A DNA stretch of 59,150 nt, filler included, from Sphacelaria rigidula (lineage: Eukaryota), in the NCBI GenBank assembly GCA_964200075.2. It is 6 parts of 6 records of this genome, joined end to end, with 100 filler letters (N's around TTAATTAATTAA, not from the genome) between each part and the next. Parts side by side here need not be neighbours in the genome. Positions count along the whole stretch, not along the records: positions 1 to 9,777 come from CAXNAA020007787.1; positions 9,878 to 19,653 come from CAXNAA020007788.1; 4 more parts are not named here. One strand, written 5' to 3'. The first letter of the stretch is position 1. Each line of letters begins with the position of its first letter. Made by a program: the position numbers and the translations under genes. Shown piece by piece: positions 1 through 12,750 of this stretch. The notes beneath the pieces are model-generated. The model was given only the letters and a program-made list of their open reading frames with translations, made no database searches and was not told where the DNA came from.

Positions 1-499
1 TTTTACCGTGCCTTTCGCCCCCCCCCTCCCACCCCACCTTCCCTTTTTTCCCGCCCCCCCCCCCCCCCCCCCCCTCTGAAAAAATGAGTGAAAGATACGG
101 TTCAGGGCAGCGCTCTATATGCTCACAGAGTCGGTAACATGCGCTGAAGACGTATCTACGCGATCAAGAGGCATGGGGCTGACGAAAAGGTCATTGGGCA
201 TAATCGCTGAAAGTGTGGGGAAATCTCTGTTTTGGGTTTGAACCTCATTCCATCGTGCAACCTCATTTTATAGAATTCCCTGTTTCTTGATGTGAATGCT
301 CTTCAGTACAGAGCTATCACGATATACTTCGCCGGCAGCACAACGCTCTGTACTGCACTGAACTTTCCTGTACTGTACTATACTACACTACACTGTACTC
401 TGCTGTGCTATGCTGTACTCTACTGTGTTGAACTGTACTGTACTGTGCTGCGCTGCGCTGTGGTGTGCTCTATCTTGCTGTTGTGTGCTGTTGGTGCAG

Positions 500-2000
500 T
501 ACACGGCAGTCCAGATGATCCATGCACTGGTGCGGAAAAAAGATTGAACTTTTTCAAACTTCAGTCACGTCTTTTCATCCACGGCATGGATGGATTTCAA
601 CACAACCTTTTGCTATGGAAAGATTGACCTCTCTAGATGGTGTAAACACCCTCCTAGTCTCTGCCCGTGGCGTCATGCGAGCGCCGTGCTCTGCCATGAC
701 ACCGGAGGTGAGGTTCGACGGAGGGGGGGGGGTGGCGTTCGCCCAGGCTGCACGGATGCTGCAAATGCTCCAAGCAGACAGCACCATTATGGATGAAACT
801 TGCGAGAGGAACTGCTTGTCAGTATATAAGCACACCTCGATCGTCTTCGAGCCCACTCCTTCCACTTGGGCGATGCTTTCAGGTCCGCAACTGCATGTAC
901 AAGGTGTGCGGAACCTCGGGTTGAAATTAGGATATTTGCCATCATCCACCGTTTCTCGCGGACACTGCGGGGGCGTCTATTTCGCTATAAAACAACGATT
1001 TTTTTCCCCGGCGAAACACTGGTCTGAGGTCAAACGAGATGAACTTGCGGAACATGACTCAAGCTACTGGAACGTACACGTCTTCGACGCTGCTGCCTCC
1101 ATATTAACGGAAGGGAATAACAGTGTGTGGGGTCCAGAGTAATAGCAGCGAAACCAGGCCTCGTTCGGGGCACATGGATTGGACTGTAGTTTTTCAAGGT
1201 ACTGCAGACCGCAGTTCGAGCTTTGCATGCGTGTGGGTTTATTCGAGGCTGAAATGATGAAAATCAAGGAGACTTGGTGTTCAGGATCGGAAGGTCTGAG
1301 AGTTCGGGTAGGTACCAAGGAAAGAAACACAAAAGAGGAAAATTCCTTGGAGGAGTTTGAGCCATTCCGGCAATTTGAATGAGCTGTTGAGGTGTTGGAA
1401 CGTGAAAGATTAACCGCAGGGTGTGTTTAGTTTGGGAGAACGATTCCTTGAAGGATAGCATCACAGGCTTGGAGTCTAGTACGCGTGAAAGGATGAAATG
1501 TGCAGGGCGGGCGTGTTGTGAGCATCGACGCCACCCCCCTTGGATGTTCATCCTCGGATGTTGCTCTGTGGTTGAACAACTTTTATGGCTTGGCCTTCGC
1601 TGTAGATTGATTGACTTTGTATTGACTTTTGTGGAACCTCCAGTGAAAGTAGTATGCATAATGAGGAGAAAAAGTGGACACACCGATTTTCGACATATTT
1701 TGGGGGGCTCATCCACATTGCCCACATCCTGAAGCTCTGCGACGCAAGAAGCTTCATTCCCACAGAGCGGTGAGCTTACTTTGTAGAATTGATTGCCAGC
1801 TTATCTTCTCATATGAGTCATATGTGAAGTCGGCATCGTGTTGACTTGAAAAATATATTGGAAATCCAGATCCTCGGGGTAGTCCGTCTGGATCATACAT
1901 ACCTTTTTCAAGGGAAATTGACGCCCTTTGAACAGATGACCTACCCTCGCTGTGTACGGATATTCCTTGCACAGCAAACCCCCCTCAGATGGGCTCAGAT
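500..2000 (-). mobile_element. Possible heavily decayed ISL2EU/Harbinger-like transposase remnant (THAP-like plus DDE_Tnp_4-like)
   Basis: Minus-strand fragments occur in the expected order across several frames: 'NRCVHF' (THAP CxxHF-like), 'LYTDKQF' (aDKGF-like), and 'NLSIAKGCVEI...LKKF' (IAxxRxxVE..LK-like). There are many stops and frameshifts, and the motif matches are weak and by eye. Confidence 0.25.
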
Positions 2001-3755
2001 GGACCATTCCACATTTGGGGTACAAAACAGCTTATTTCTCTCTACACAAAACGCCTTTTTCCATAAAAATATGGATGTTGGCCATCTATATAGAAATACG
2101 TCCCGGATATCCCCTGATCGCTTTTGAACCTGCAGTCGATTGCCTGCAGAGTCATCACGTGTGCTGGATGTCTTCGCTGGACACAACGGCAAGAAACAGT
2201 GAGCGTGCCATCGCGCTCCACTGACCAGAGTCTCTACTGCATGCTACTGATGTCTCTGCTGAGTGCTCCACAACAACACTACAGTGTGAACCTATGCTGG
2301 CAGTACATGGGGGGTCAGGCAGGCGGCATAGACGACGAGTAGCGAAAAAAGCACGTCACTTGTGCCCATGAAATCTATGGTTGAATTGCCATGACGTACG
2401 TGAGAAATACGGGTAGACAGCGAAGTAGTTTATGTGTTAGTCCACCTGTAGGTGAACAATGTGATCATTTTTGTAAGTTTTTAATTGGTCAGAATGGTCA
2501 CTCCTTCCGGTTTACATTTTTCCGTGGGAACCTTTCAAACACACATGGTTCACTTGGTGAACTCTTCGGCTGTTCTGCGAACAGGCCCTCACCTCCCTGT
2601 CAACCCCTCCCTCCCTCCCTCCCCCCCATACGTCCTGAAAAACGGGGGACATCATTACTATGGTGGGGCGGGAACTCTCGCCCACGAGCTCTGCACCATG
2701 GGATTACGAGTTCTTGCATGAATTTCCCCTTAGTCCCAGCGTATCGTTTTGAGTGCGGGATTTAATGACCTGGGTTCAGTGCAGTATCAAGTTCCAGTCT
2801 CCATCTCTGTGTGGTCTAAATCACTTGGTTGTCATGTGACTGCCGCGGCCCCTTGCAACACCTACAGCACTGGACGCCTGAACTCTCCATTGCGTAATTT
2901 ATTCGTAATTGGCGATTTTTCAGGCTCTTTCGCTTGCCACCGCTCATCACATTGGGGATCTGGAGCTACTTTTATCCGCTCCACATCCCAAGAAAGAAAA
3001 ATCATCTGTATTCAATATTGAGTAGCTTACGGGCTGACAGGTCATAGGGGGTCCTGGCACGTTTCAGCCCAGATTCTGACTCTTCGGTAATTTCGGTCGA
3101 TCGAGCCTGCGCCAATCGTATTTTTGAAAAAATGTGCAGATTCGTTTTTTGAAATTCTACCTACTCATTGCACTAGAGCCGAAAAACTGTATTTCACGGT
3201 AAGTAACACCCTCCTGATAAACGGGGTATCTACTCGTATCGCCCGATGAAACCAACTAACACCATGTTGAGCACTGGGGTGGGGAAACGATCTGTTCATT
3301 TTACCAAAATCTACCGACGCTAGCACTTTCGAATTCTTTCGAAGAGTAGTCACGAGAGAAGACGCTTCTGACGTAAAATAGCTCGTTCGCCCAGTACTAT
3401 ATGCATGATGGGCGGAGTAGAGGGTTGCAAATCTCGACGGGAGTGGCATATGTTGTGGTTTTCGTCGTAAAAGGCGTGCGAGCGTGACTTCTGGATGAAG
3501 GATATCCATGAAAGCTGATGGGCTGTGGGAATGCTGATGGATGGTCATGATCCAATGCCTGATAGTATAATTGCAGGGTATGTAATGGCGGAGAGATAAG
3601 ACAATCCCTGGTGACTCTGGGCTCATCCCAAAGGGGTGGTTGACGGGGGGAAGGGGGGTACCTTCGAACTTGACCCCAATCCTGTGAAGGGTGGGGGGGA
3701 GGTTTGAAAGGATATAAAGAACAGAAATGCGGGGAAAAAATACTGGTTTCACTTA

Positions 3756-4376
3756 CGAGCTGGGCCAGCCGAGAAGCGAATTTGTAGTTTGCAGGCCCAG
3801 TCACCAGCCTAAGACCAGTGTTCATTTCTCCTCAAAACTGCCCTAAAAACAGGGAAAAAAACGAGAACAAATGAACAAGCTTTTCCTCTTAGCTTTATTA
3901 TGCACCATCGGTTTTCCATACGAAATTTCATAGCACAACTCTCAAAACCTGAGAGGCGATATCCAGATATAGTTCATCGAGTGCCTCTGCTCGTAATACA
4001 CTGATTTTAGTATGGAAACTCATGTGCGCCATATCTATAGATAACGAATTAGGTGACGGTGGGGGTATTTATCGTTTCCCCGTGCTTCAGGGAATATCCA
4101 CACCAAAAATCATCGTCACCCGCCGAATGTATCGATCGGGGTTTCATGTCGATTTCAGTATTAACGCTACATCCGTTAGGTACAGGAATACAGGAATTAC
4201 CAGATATGGGGTTTAGTCAACGAAAAAATATGGTCCCAGACTTTTCAGTAGATGAACACTTTCCCCTTGACTATTAAAAGACGATGAATACGATATGAGG
4301 ATCATGGCCCAACTCGTCTATGTGCATGAGACATTGCTTCGAGAGCATAAATGCGTTTCTAGGCTGGCCCAGCTCG
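3756..4376. mobile_element. Tc1/mariner-type MITE (~620 bp)
   Basis: Terminal inverted repeats CGAGCTGGGCCAGCC(G/T)AGAA, flanked by TA at 3754-3755 and 4377-4378. The same TIR start recurs at 39335. Confidence 0.75.
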
Positions 4377-4987
4377 TATCACCACCTGTCGTAGTGCATG
4401 GAGTAAGAAACTTCATTGTCTCGAATAGTGCGGACGTCGAATACTTCGTGTCAGTGTTCTCCCTAGCGCCTGGTCCCTCCCACAACGGGATGTCTTCTCC
4501 AAACGGGGTACAGGACAGCTCTACTGGATGATTACCCAAAACCTGGCGGCCGTGCCACGCACATCTCCGTTGTCTTCATCCGCTCTCCCTACAGCAAATG
4601 TGTGGAATGGATACAACACTGCGTGGTGTCGGCTCGATAGGAGGGGAGAGGGGCCCAAGCTGACGATTGAGTTCCGTGGCATTGCTCGTCATCCTTTTGC
4701 CCATCGGGATGAAAACAACAGGGGCTGAGGGTTGTTATCCATACGTTGAATCCCCCCCCCCCCCGAAGTAGATGGAAGGTATCGTTAAAAGTCCCCCCCC
4801 CCAACGCACGCTTTAGCCGCCCTCTTCTCTTCATCGCTATAGGCGCACACAACCCAACCTTCGTATACCTTGTCTTCACCTACCCGCCCTAACTAAGAGA
4901 TGCATGTGACCATGATTTTTCTCGACTGATTTTGTTTCGTCCTCGATCCGCTGCAACGTAATAAAAACCGCGCGCGAATTTGTTCAG

Positions 4988-5116
4988 GTGAAGATGGCGA
5001 GCAAGCGGTTTCTTGCGGGATCGCTTGGAGTGGCGGCGGGTGTTATGCTGTACGTTTCTCTAGTGGAGATCTTCGTCAAGTCCCAGGACGCGTTTGAAAA
5101 CCACGGTTACAGCGCG
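4988..5116 (+). CDS. zupT: ZIP/ZupT-family metal transporter, internal exon (VKMASKRFLAGSLGVAAGVMLYVSLVEIF...HGYSA)
   Basis: Acceptor ttcAG and donor GTgcgt; 129 nt, phase 0. The AAGVMLYVSxxEI motif is typical of ZupT/GufA ZIP proteins. Upstream exon(s) were not found. Confidence 0.85.
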
Positions 5117-6698
5117 GTGCGTGGTATGTGTGTGTCATCCTTCAGTGTGTGTACGTGTGTCACCCTCCAGTGTGCGTATGTGTCTCATCCTCCAGTAGAG
5201 CCGGCCTGCACAAACGTCCGTTGCGGGGCAATACTGCTTCAATGATCCCACTGTACTCTTCTGCGGTTGCTCTACTCCAGCTGAAGTGCGACCCTCCTTG
5301 GGTGAAGGACCCCACGTGAGAAGTCGGCAGGTCTTCACCCCCTCAATAAGTTTGTGGTCAATAGTCAAACGACTTAGGCAAACAACAAATGAGTACGCCC
5401 CCCCCCCCCCCCCCCCCCTCAATACGTCAGCTTCCAATGATAACACTGCACGAATCTGACGTTCTCATCTAGTATGTCTAGATTTATGTATATTCGTCCA
5501 ACCCCTAGGACGCCCAGGGTTGTCATGCCCAACCTGTTGAACTTGACGTTGTTACCTAGTAATGGTCAGATTTTTGTATGTTGGTCTAATCCCTATTTCA
5601 CTCATGGTTGTCATGGCCCACCGATTGAAGGGGCATCACGTTGGTGATTTTGATGGGTTGGTCTGATTGGTCGAGTGATTGATGTCGCACATCAACTGAA
5701 TCGTGACAACTCCAACCATGGTCATACTAAGACACACGTGAAGTTTGACTCCCAAAACAGCTCGTCTCATCTGCAATTTGAGCACTCACATTGTTACCGC
5801 CCCTTGACGCCCCAGCTCCTTTTTCGGAATAATATCGCCACTTGGCGATCGATTACGATAGCGCCCTCAATTGCAGCGTAGGATGTCTTTGTTCGGTGTT
5901 TTCGCACGCTAGATCCACTGGTGTTTCCCAACCAAAGCGATTGTTCTTCACATATTCCCGCTGGTTCAGTTTGCTTGAGGAGATTCGGTGTCCGAGGAGT
6001 TCAAGTCACCCGCATGATCTTTTGCAAAAATATTTTATATCTACAGGAAGTATTTCGTCTGGTTTAGACCGTACAGCCCCTGACGTTTTTGTGTCCGTTG
6101 TTGTTCATGCAGAGGTAAAACACCGCAAAAATGCTGACCGTTTGGCTCGTACATGCAGCAAGCAGGCATCGTGAGCTCCCGAGTTACCTATAACTTCGCC
6201 CGGAGTGTATTTTTTCTAGTCAATTTTATTCGACTTCCTGTTGCCTTTGTCGTAGTTTGGTTCCACATGGTGTGGTGGTCGCGTCCTCGCGTTGGTTTTC
6301 GAGTGAAAAACATGATGTGTGATTGTGTACAACTCATGAAACAGTACGGTCACAACCGTAATTCGCGCGCGTCATGGATTGCTCGGCAGCACGGGAAAAA
6401 ACACCAGTATTTTTGTTCAGATCTGCCGTATTCTGCGACAGTTATCAGTAAGGATTCTGCCCAGATCCATGTCGTTCCTTCTCCCGTTCCTCAAATCAAA
6501 CACCACGCACCCGCCATGTTCAACCCAACCACGATCAGTCCTCTTCTACTTCGCTTTGCACGCACTTTTGTCTTTACCGTCCTTGGTTCCTCGCCACGAG
6601 TCCATAGTGTAAGGTGATCAATGACAGTCCGTCGCTTCCGCGCGCGCGCTCTCTCTTCCGGTGCCTTTTTTTTTCAAAACGAACGAACGAACGGACAG

Positions 6699-7004
6699 GC
6701 GGATGCCTACTTGTACGCGACACTGAGCCTCTTCGGCGGCATGCTGTTCTACAAGGGCATCGATATCGTGGTTCACCTGCTCGACGGCTCGGCCGGTGAC
6801 CACAACGTAGACATCGATCTCTTCGATCTCGATGAGGTTTCCGACTCCGAACCGTGCAACAGCCCGAAGGCCAAGACCTCCGGTAACCCCGGAAAGGGCA
6901 CCCGTGCAGTAACCGGCCTCGCCGACGGCATCGGCGGGTCCCACCCATCCTCCTCCGACGCTGTTTCTAACAGCGGCATCTTGGCGCCGAGCGGGACCGA
7001 GGCA

Positions 7005-7039
<35 letters not shown>

Positions 7040-7811
7040 AGGAGGACGAAGCGCGATACCCCCTAAATCCCAATTCCCCCACGACCACGACGTGGTGGTG
7101 GAGCTGAACAGCGGGCAAGGCAAGGTTAGGCCATCCCCGGACCTGCATACGCTGCACCTGCGCATGGCGGGCAAGGTCCACCAGCCGGCGGCTTCGCCGG
7201 TGGCCGCGATAAGCCCCGACTGCGACAGCAAGCCGTCGGCTCTGGCGACCGAGGGTGATGTAGAGAGCGGCGGGAACGGACAGCAAGAAGGCGGCGTTTT
7301 GGGACAGAATGGTCCTGCGGAAGGGTTGGCTGAAGGATCGCAGGCCCCGGATGAGAAGTTGGTCCGCATGGGTCTGATGACGGCCGTGGCGATCGGGCTG
7401 CACAACTTTCCGGAGGGGCTGGCAACGTTCGTGGCCGCCTTGTCAGACCCGTCCGTCGGTTTTGCTCTAGCCGTTGCGATCGCGATTCACAATGTTCCCG
7501 AAGGGTTGTGCGTGGCAATTCCTGTGTACTACGCCACCGGTAACAGGTGGAAGGCTTTCGGATGGGCTCTTCTATCCGGGGTTAGCGAGCCGATCGGAGC
7601 CGCGCTGGGTTGGTGGTTCCTCAAGGACGTGATGAGCGAGATGGTGTACGGTATCTTGTTCGGTGTGGTGGCGGGAATGATGGTGAACATCACGATCCAC
7701 GAGCTGATCCCGACGGCAGTGCGATACGACCCGGCGGACAAGGTCACCACGAACTCTATCCTTGTCGGCATGGCGATCATGGCGATCAGCCTGGTCCTCT
7801 TCTTGTACTGA
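6699..7811 (+). CDS. zupT: ZIP/ZupT-family metal transporter, terminal exon
   Basis: Acceptor gacAG, in frame with the previous exon. Contains the HNFPEG and HNVPEG metal-site motifs, SGVSEP and ELIP, hydrophobic helices, a long Gly/Ser-rich loop with poly-Gly, and a TGA stop. Confidence 0.93.
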
Positions 7812-9777
7812 GAACTCGTCTTTGTATCTGCTGCGTATCTTGTCTATCTCGTGTCGTCTTCTGTTCTTTGTTCCATGTACATTTTTGTGTATGCGTTGTT
7901 TTTTCTCGTGTGGAGAGGTTTTCGGCTTGGGTTGTTGGTTCGATGAATTTCTCTTACCGCGCTTCTAGGTTGTGAGTTAGGCTGCCTGTCTGTTCTTGAC
8001 TACTGCTTCAGTCTACACACGACTCCGTCGAGTGCCTCGTTCGCGTCCTAGGTTAGTTGCGCTGAACGTTGCGAGTTTTGTTTGCAATTTCTGTTTCCGT
8101 CTCAGAGAGTAGGGTCGTATGTTCGGTTTTGGGTTTAGGTTCAGCTAGTTTGGTGAGTGGTTCGATTTCGTACCATCCTGTTCTCGGCGCGCTCTCGTTG
8201 ACAGCAATGTTTGGTCCGGTCCGGTGTCGACCGATGGCTTTGTTTCGTCCTTGCAGATGAGCAAAACTGCTTATAAGTGCATGCTTCCCTGATGAGTATG
8301 TTCGGGGCACTCGAAACGACGTGTGCTTAGTTTTTGATGCCTTCGAACGACACTCGTCAGTAGATTAGACGCAGTACAGTATATTTGAGGGCATTCCTCG
8401 GAACCGGTTTTTGGAAATGATTATACGGTACGGTCTCGACTTTCACGGTATCATTGTGGTGGTACACGTGATTGGCACCTGTGTAGTGCGGTACGTGCGG
8501 TGCGATATTTTGCTATCGTGGATCCTACGGCACCTCGGTGTATGCTTTTCCGACAACACGGTGCGGACGGTACGGGGACTGACTAATGCGGTACCTACGC
8601 GGTAAAATGAGAATATCACAGGACTGCGGGCATCTGACACCGCGGTACCACATCACAGAAAATTGTGTTGTCTGAAACAGTATGACGAAAATCAAGCGCG
8701 ATACGAAAATGAATCACGCATTCATTTCGTCGTAATCCGAAGGTACAACAAACGTATACTACAGAGGATACAAATTGTAACCAGTCATCCGAAGTACAAG
8801 ACAAGGAGAAGCGGGAGTAAATCCACCGACGATAGCAACAAAAAATAAGAGAACACCGAAAACACGGGGGGTAGTGCGACTCAACTGAAATATTATAACA
8901 CGGCAACAACTGATTTGGACACGAAAAAAATTGCGGATATCTTCCCAAGCTCCGAAAGCTCCGATAGGAGGTTGGAATCCTGTCGGCGAAAACAGGAAAA
9001 TTGTGCGTCGTTTTATTGACATTCTGGAATAGATGGGTCGACAACATACAGCGAATGTTGCGCCACTTGATGGATCTCTGTGTAGGCAAATATCGTGACC
9101 TCTCCTGTGCTTTTTGAGCAGCTAGAGCCTACTATGGCCCGAGAAAACTGATGTCCAGTTTTTAGTGGACACGCGACGGAAGAAACGCCGATCCTGCCGC
9201 AGATTCTAAATTAAATACGATCGTGTTGCAGTCATGTTATTAACGATCCTGGCTTTCAGTACGAAGATTTATACCGATCTCAGCTCATCGTCCGTATCTC
9301 ACTCCATTCGATGCATCTGTGTGCTGCTTAACATGATTTCTTGAGCTCGTATGTATTTTAAGCAGCTTTCGTCTCCTGCGGCATCCGAAATTCGATGTTG
9401 CGCTTTCAGACGCCAGGAGAGACATTTACCACATATGGTAAATTGAAGACGAACTTGCCGCGGATCCTACATCAACATGGGATCTTACGGACGGACACCT
9501 GAAATCCCCCAAAGTTGGTTTTTCATCTACGACGCCAACATTTCGGTGATCGAAATAATGCAAATTTCTATCGCGTGTAGCAGTTGTCAATAGCTATCAG
9601 TAGGTGAATAAATGGAACCATATTTAGAAGATTTGGTGTGGATACGAAGATTTTAACTCTCCGGGTTTATCATCCCCAATAAAATATCCATCCCGAATTC
9701 ATGAGATTCCGCGCTCATTGAAAACGAACTTAACAGTGTTTTCGTGAGATTGAGAGTAGATGATACGATTGAGAGTG

Positions 9778-9877
9778 NNNNNNNNNNNNNNNNNNNNNNN
9801 NNNNNNNNNNNNNNNNNNNNNTTAATTAATTAANNNNNNNNNNNNNNNNNNNNNNNNNNNNNNNNNNNNNNNNNNNN
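9778..9877. other. Artificial contig linker N44-TTAATTAATTAA-N44
   Basis: Identical 100-bp spacer with stops in all six frames, present five times in the window. Confidence 0.98.
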
Positions 9878-11189
9878 AGGTCCCTGACTACTCTAGCGAT
9901 ACGCCTTCCTCACACTGGCGACACCAGAACATAACTCAAACAAGACAAGCCTTAGAAGTAAAAAATTGAAGCGAGAACCGACTGCTCCCCGACACCGGAA
10001 ATACTTGTATCCCCCAAGGAACGCTACTCCAGGTGAAACGTATGGGTCATGTGCTTAATTCTTCGAGTTGGGAAGCTGTTGGAGTCATGTGTTTGGATGA
10101 ACGCGAAATTAGGCCCCTCAACGCGCATTTATATGTCAACCGCATGACTAATCAAAGAGCGAAACGCGAGTTTAGACTCCTCAGGGTGCAGTATATGTCA
10201 CCTGTACGGCTAGTCAAACAGCGAAAACGCGAAAATAGTCTATTCAGTGGGCACTATATTTCACCAGAATGGCTGACACAACAGCGAATCCACAATCAAC
10301 CAACCTTCCACCACCATCACGCGAAAGGTACGGCAATTAATCAAGCAGGCCGACCTCTGGAAACGCGGTGAGTCGAAATAACATCAACAAATATGTTACC
10401 CAACCTGCGAATGCATGACCTTGTCATTCCCTACCAGATAGCGAACGGAAGAAAGAGGTGTAACGGATGATCTCACAGCATCCTAGCCCACAGGCTGAGA
10501 GAAGTGAAAAGTACAGACCGTTCAAGGTCCCACACCTCACCACGCATGGAATGTAGGAAGTCTCAACCGTCTGCCCTAGTTCACATTTCACCACGAGAAT
10601 CTATCTCCCATGTGTGGGCGTTGTGCTACAGATATGTTTTTTTTGTTCCGTTGTTAAGGTTATATTATTCAGTACATTTTTCTTCATTTTTTTCTTCAAT
10701 CAGCGGCGGTGCCGTGTGTTACCAGGTTGGTCTGCAGTTCACAGCGATATGCTCAAGTCGCGCTGATTTGGGAAACTTGAGAAGTTGTGATGTGGAAAGC
10801 GGATGCGGGATTCATTGCTGGCCCAGCTCATACACCAACACATGTTGGGCGGGTAATACGTGTGCAGTCCGAGAGTACCAATACAGATTACGCCGGCAAT
10901 ATATCGCCATATTCCAACAAGATCGGCCAATATATATTGCGAACATATTGTATGGTCCAGGGTGTGAAATTAACCTATCAAATATATCAGACCGGGCAGG
11001 ACCTAGGCAGAAGAAGAGTGACAACGATCCAGTCATTATCCAATCCACAATCTTGCAGGGGACGGGGTACGCTGATGAAGTTGAGGTACGTACTACAGAG
11101 TTTGTGAGAAAAAGCTGACGAGCAAGCGAACAAATAAACCAAACTCCCCTGCTTCTCTGCTCGCCTCCATCTCAACCATCGTGTTCCAG

Positions 11190-11331
11190 GTACGACTACG
11201 CAGAGGGCCGTAACCTGAACATCATTCAAACTCAGAGTGCAGAAGAGGATGGGCCGCTGTTCGACAATGAGTTCAATAACGGCTCGACCTACTACTACCT
11301 TCCCGCCAAGGCAAAGGCTAAGTACTGCAAT
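11190..11331 (+). CDS. At4g14100-like conserved protein, internal exon ((W)YDYAEGRNLNIIQTQ...LFDNEFNNGSTYYYLP...YCN)
   Basis: Acceptor ttccAG and donor GTgaga. The peptide matches the family pattern as I recall it, WYDWxxGRNxNIIQxQ...YDxEWNNGTSxxY. Confidence 0.8.
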
Positions 11332-11360
11332 GTGAGACCAAGGGGAACTTGTACGTACGC

Positions 11361-11411
<51 letters not shown>

Positions 11412-11458
11412 ATAGTAGTAATAGTAGTAATAGTAGTAATAGTAGTAATAGTAGTAGT
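11361..11458. repeat. (GTA)n/(GTAGTAATA)n microsatellite
   Basis: Read directly from the sequence. Confidence 0.95.
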
Positions 11459-11968
11459 GCCGCACCCCGGACGCCTAGTCAGTACAACTAGAATCTGTGA
11501 GAGGGTGGAAGATTGCGGGTGCGAATCCCGGTATATTTGATTTAATTGATAGATTGTCGCACAATAACTGATCCCTGAGGGATCGCCGCGGTCACAAGGT
11601 GACATGGGTCGGACGGATAGAGATTCCTCTGGAAATTACTTCATTTTGGGGTAGTTGGTTCGTACCGTACGAATCATTCTCTGTGCTTTTTTTTCAGCGT
11701 TGCACTGCACCCCAGGTACGCGCGCTTCATGCACGTGGAATAGCGCATAAATTGCGCAGTCTTATTTTTTTCTTGGCCCCCGGTCAACTTTTTTCCTTCT
11801 TGAGAGCAATCAGGCCTCCGATATCGTAGGTTTGGCGACTCTAACCAGCAGCGATGATTCGCCCGACCCTTGGTTCGAGATAGACGTACCCCCAAAGAAA
11901 ATGTGAAAGTGGAAACAAGAACGAGATGAAACAAACGAAAAGGATTACAAGTGAGCTTCTACCTCATG

Positions 11969-12055
11969 TAGAGAATAGTAGCGGTATGAGAAAGACAGTC
12001 CTACACCTGTGACCACGGGTTCGAGAGATGGGGCTTATGTGCGGAAATATTATGA

Positions 12056-12129
<74 letters not shown>
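11969..12129 (+). mobile_element. Non-LTR retroelement 3' end with (TAC)n tail
   Basis: About 85 bp homologous to 17728-17815 (TGTGACCACGGGT..G.GAGAT.GG.CT.A.GTGCGGAAA), followed by a trinucleotide tail. Confidence 0.6.
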
Positions 12130-12424
12130 ATGGGGATGATGATAATAAGACACACCGACATCAGCAGCGCCGCCCACACCACCGATGGTGATGGTGATAA
12201 TAATAATAGAAACTAAACTCAAAAGTCAATATGTGTCGTGCACACACTATCAATGGATGGAGTTACCGTCCCTCCGAGACTAGCAGAAACAGAATTGACA
12301 GGTAATCTCCGAGTAAGTAATTTTGTTAGTCAAGTATAGTTCATGTATTGATGCAGGACGCCGTGCTTTCGTTTCTCTCTTATCCGTGTGTCTCTCCTTA
12401 TCATGGTCTCTACGCGTGCGGCAG

Positions 12425-12510
12425 GTTGTCGAATTTGATGTCGGCATCATCCGCCCGGACTGGCTCAAGGGTGCCACTTTCCTGGGGGAGGAGACGCATG
12501 GAATCTATGA
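12425..12510 (+). CDS. At4g14100-like conserved protein, next exon (VVEFDVGIIRPDWLKGATFLGEETHGIY)
   Basis: Acceptor gcAG and donor GTgagt. It joins the previous exon in phase 0 to give CxxxxFxVGIxRPxWLxGAxxLG, the family pattern. Confidence 0.82.
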
Positions 12511-12697
12511 GTGAGTGACGAACGTTTTTTTTTTTGCCCAACATTTTGTCATCGAATCCTTCATATTTGTACTTTTTTGTGCACTAGTTTTTTTCGATAA
12601 CGCGTTCTTAGAACTCCACCCTTTGAGGTGCAGTCCATTCTCAGTTCTTGGGTTCATTGTTGTTGCTTTTTTTCGCTCGTAGTCTGTCTTTTTGAAA

Positions 12698-12750
12698 CAG
12701 CAGCAGCAGCAGCAGCAACAACAACAACAACAACAACAACAACGACAACA
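12698..12750. repeat. (CAG)n(CAA)n microsatellite
   Basis: Read directly from the sequence. Confidence 0.9.

Noticed and set aside
292-627. Cys/hydrophobic 111-aa ORF
   Set aside because: It is a translation of an (ACTGT)-like degenerate pentamer repeat, also seen at ~41710-41890.
6618-7405. Long antisense ORFs (261 and 210 aa) over the ZIP exon
   Set aside because: These are shadow ORFs from GC-rich codon usage and the GGC run.
9822-9833. Regularly spaced TTAATTAATTAA palindromes as biological sites
   Set aside because: They are embedded in N runs and are a six-frame-stop assembly linker.
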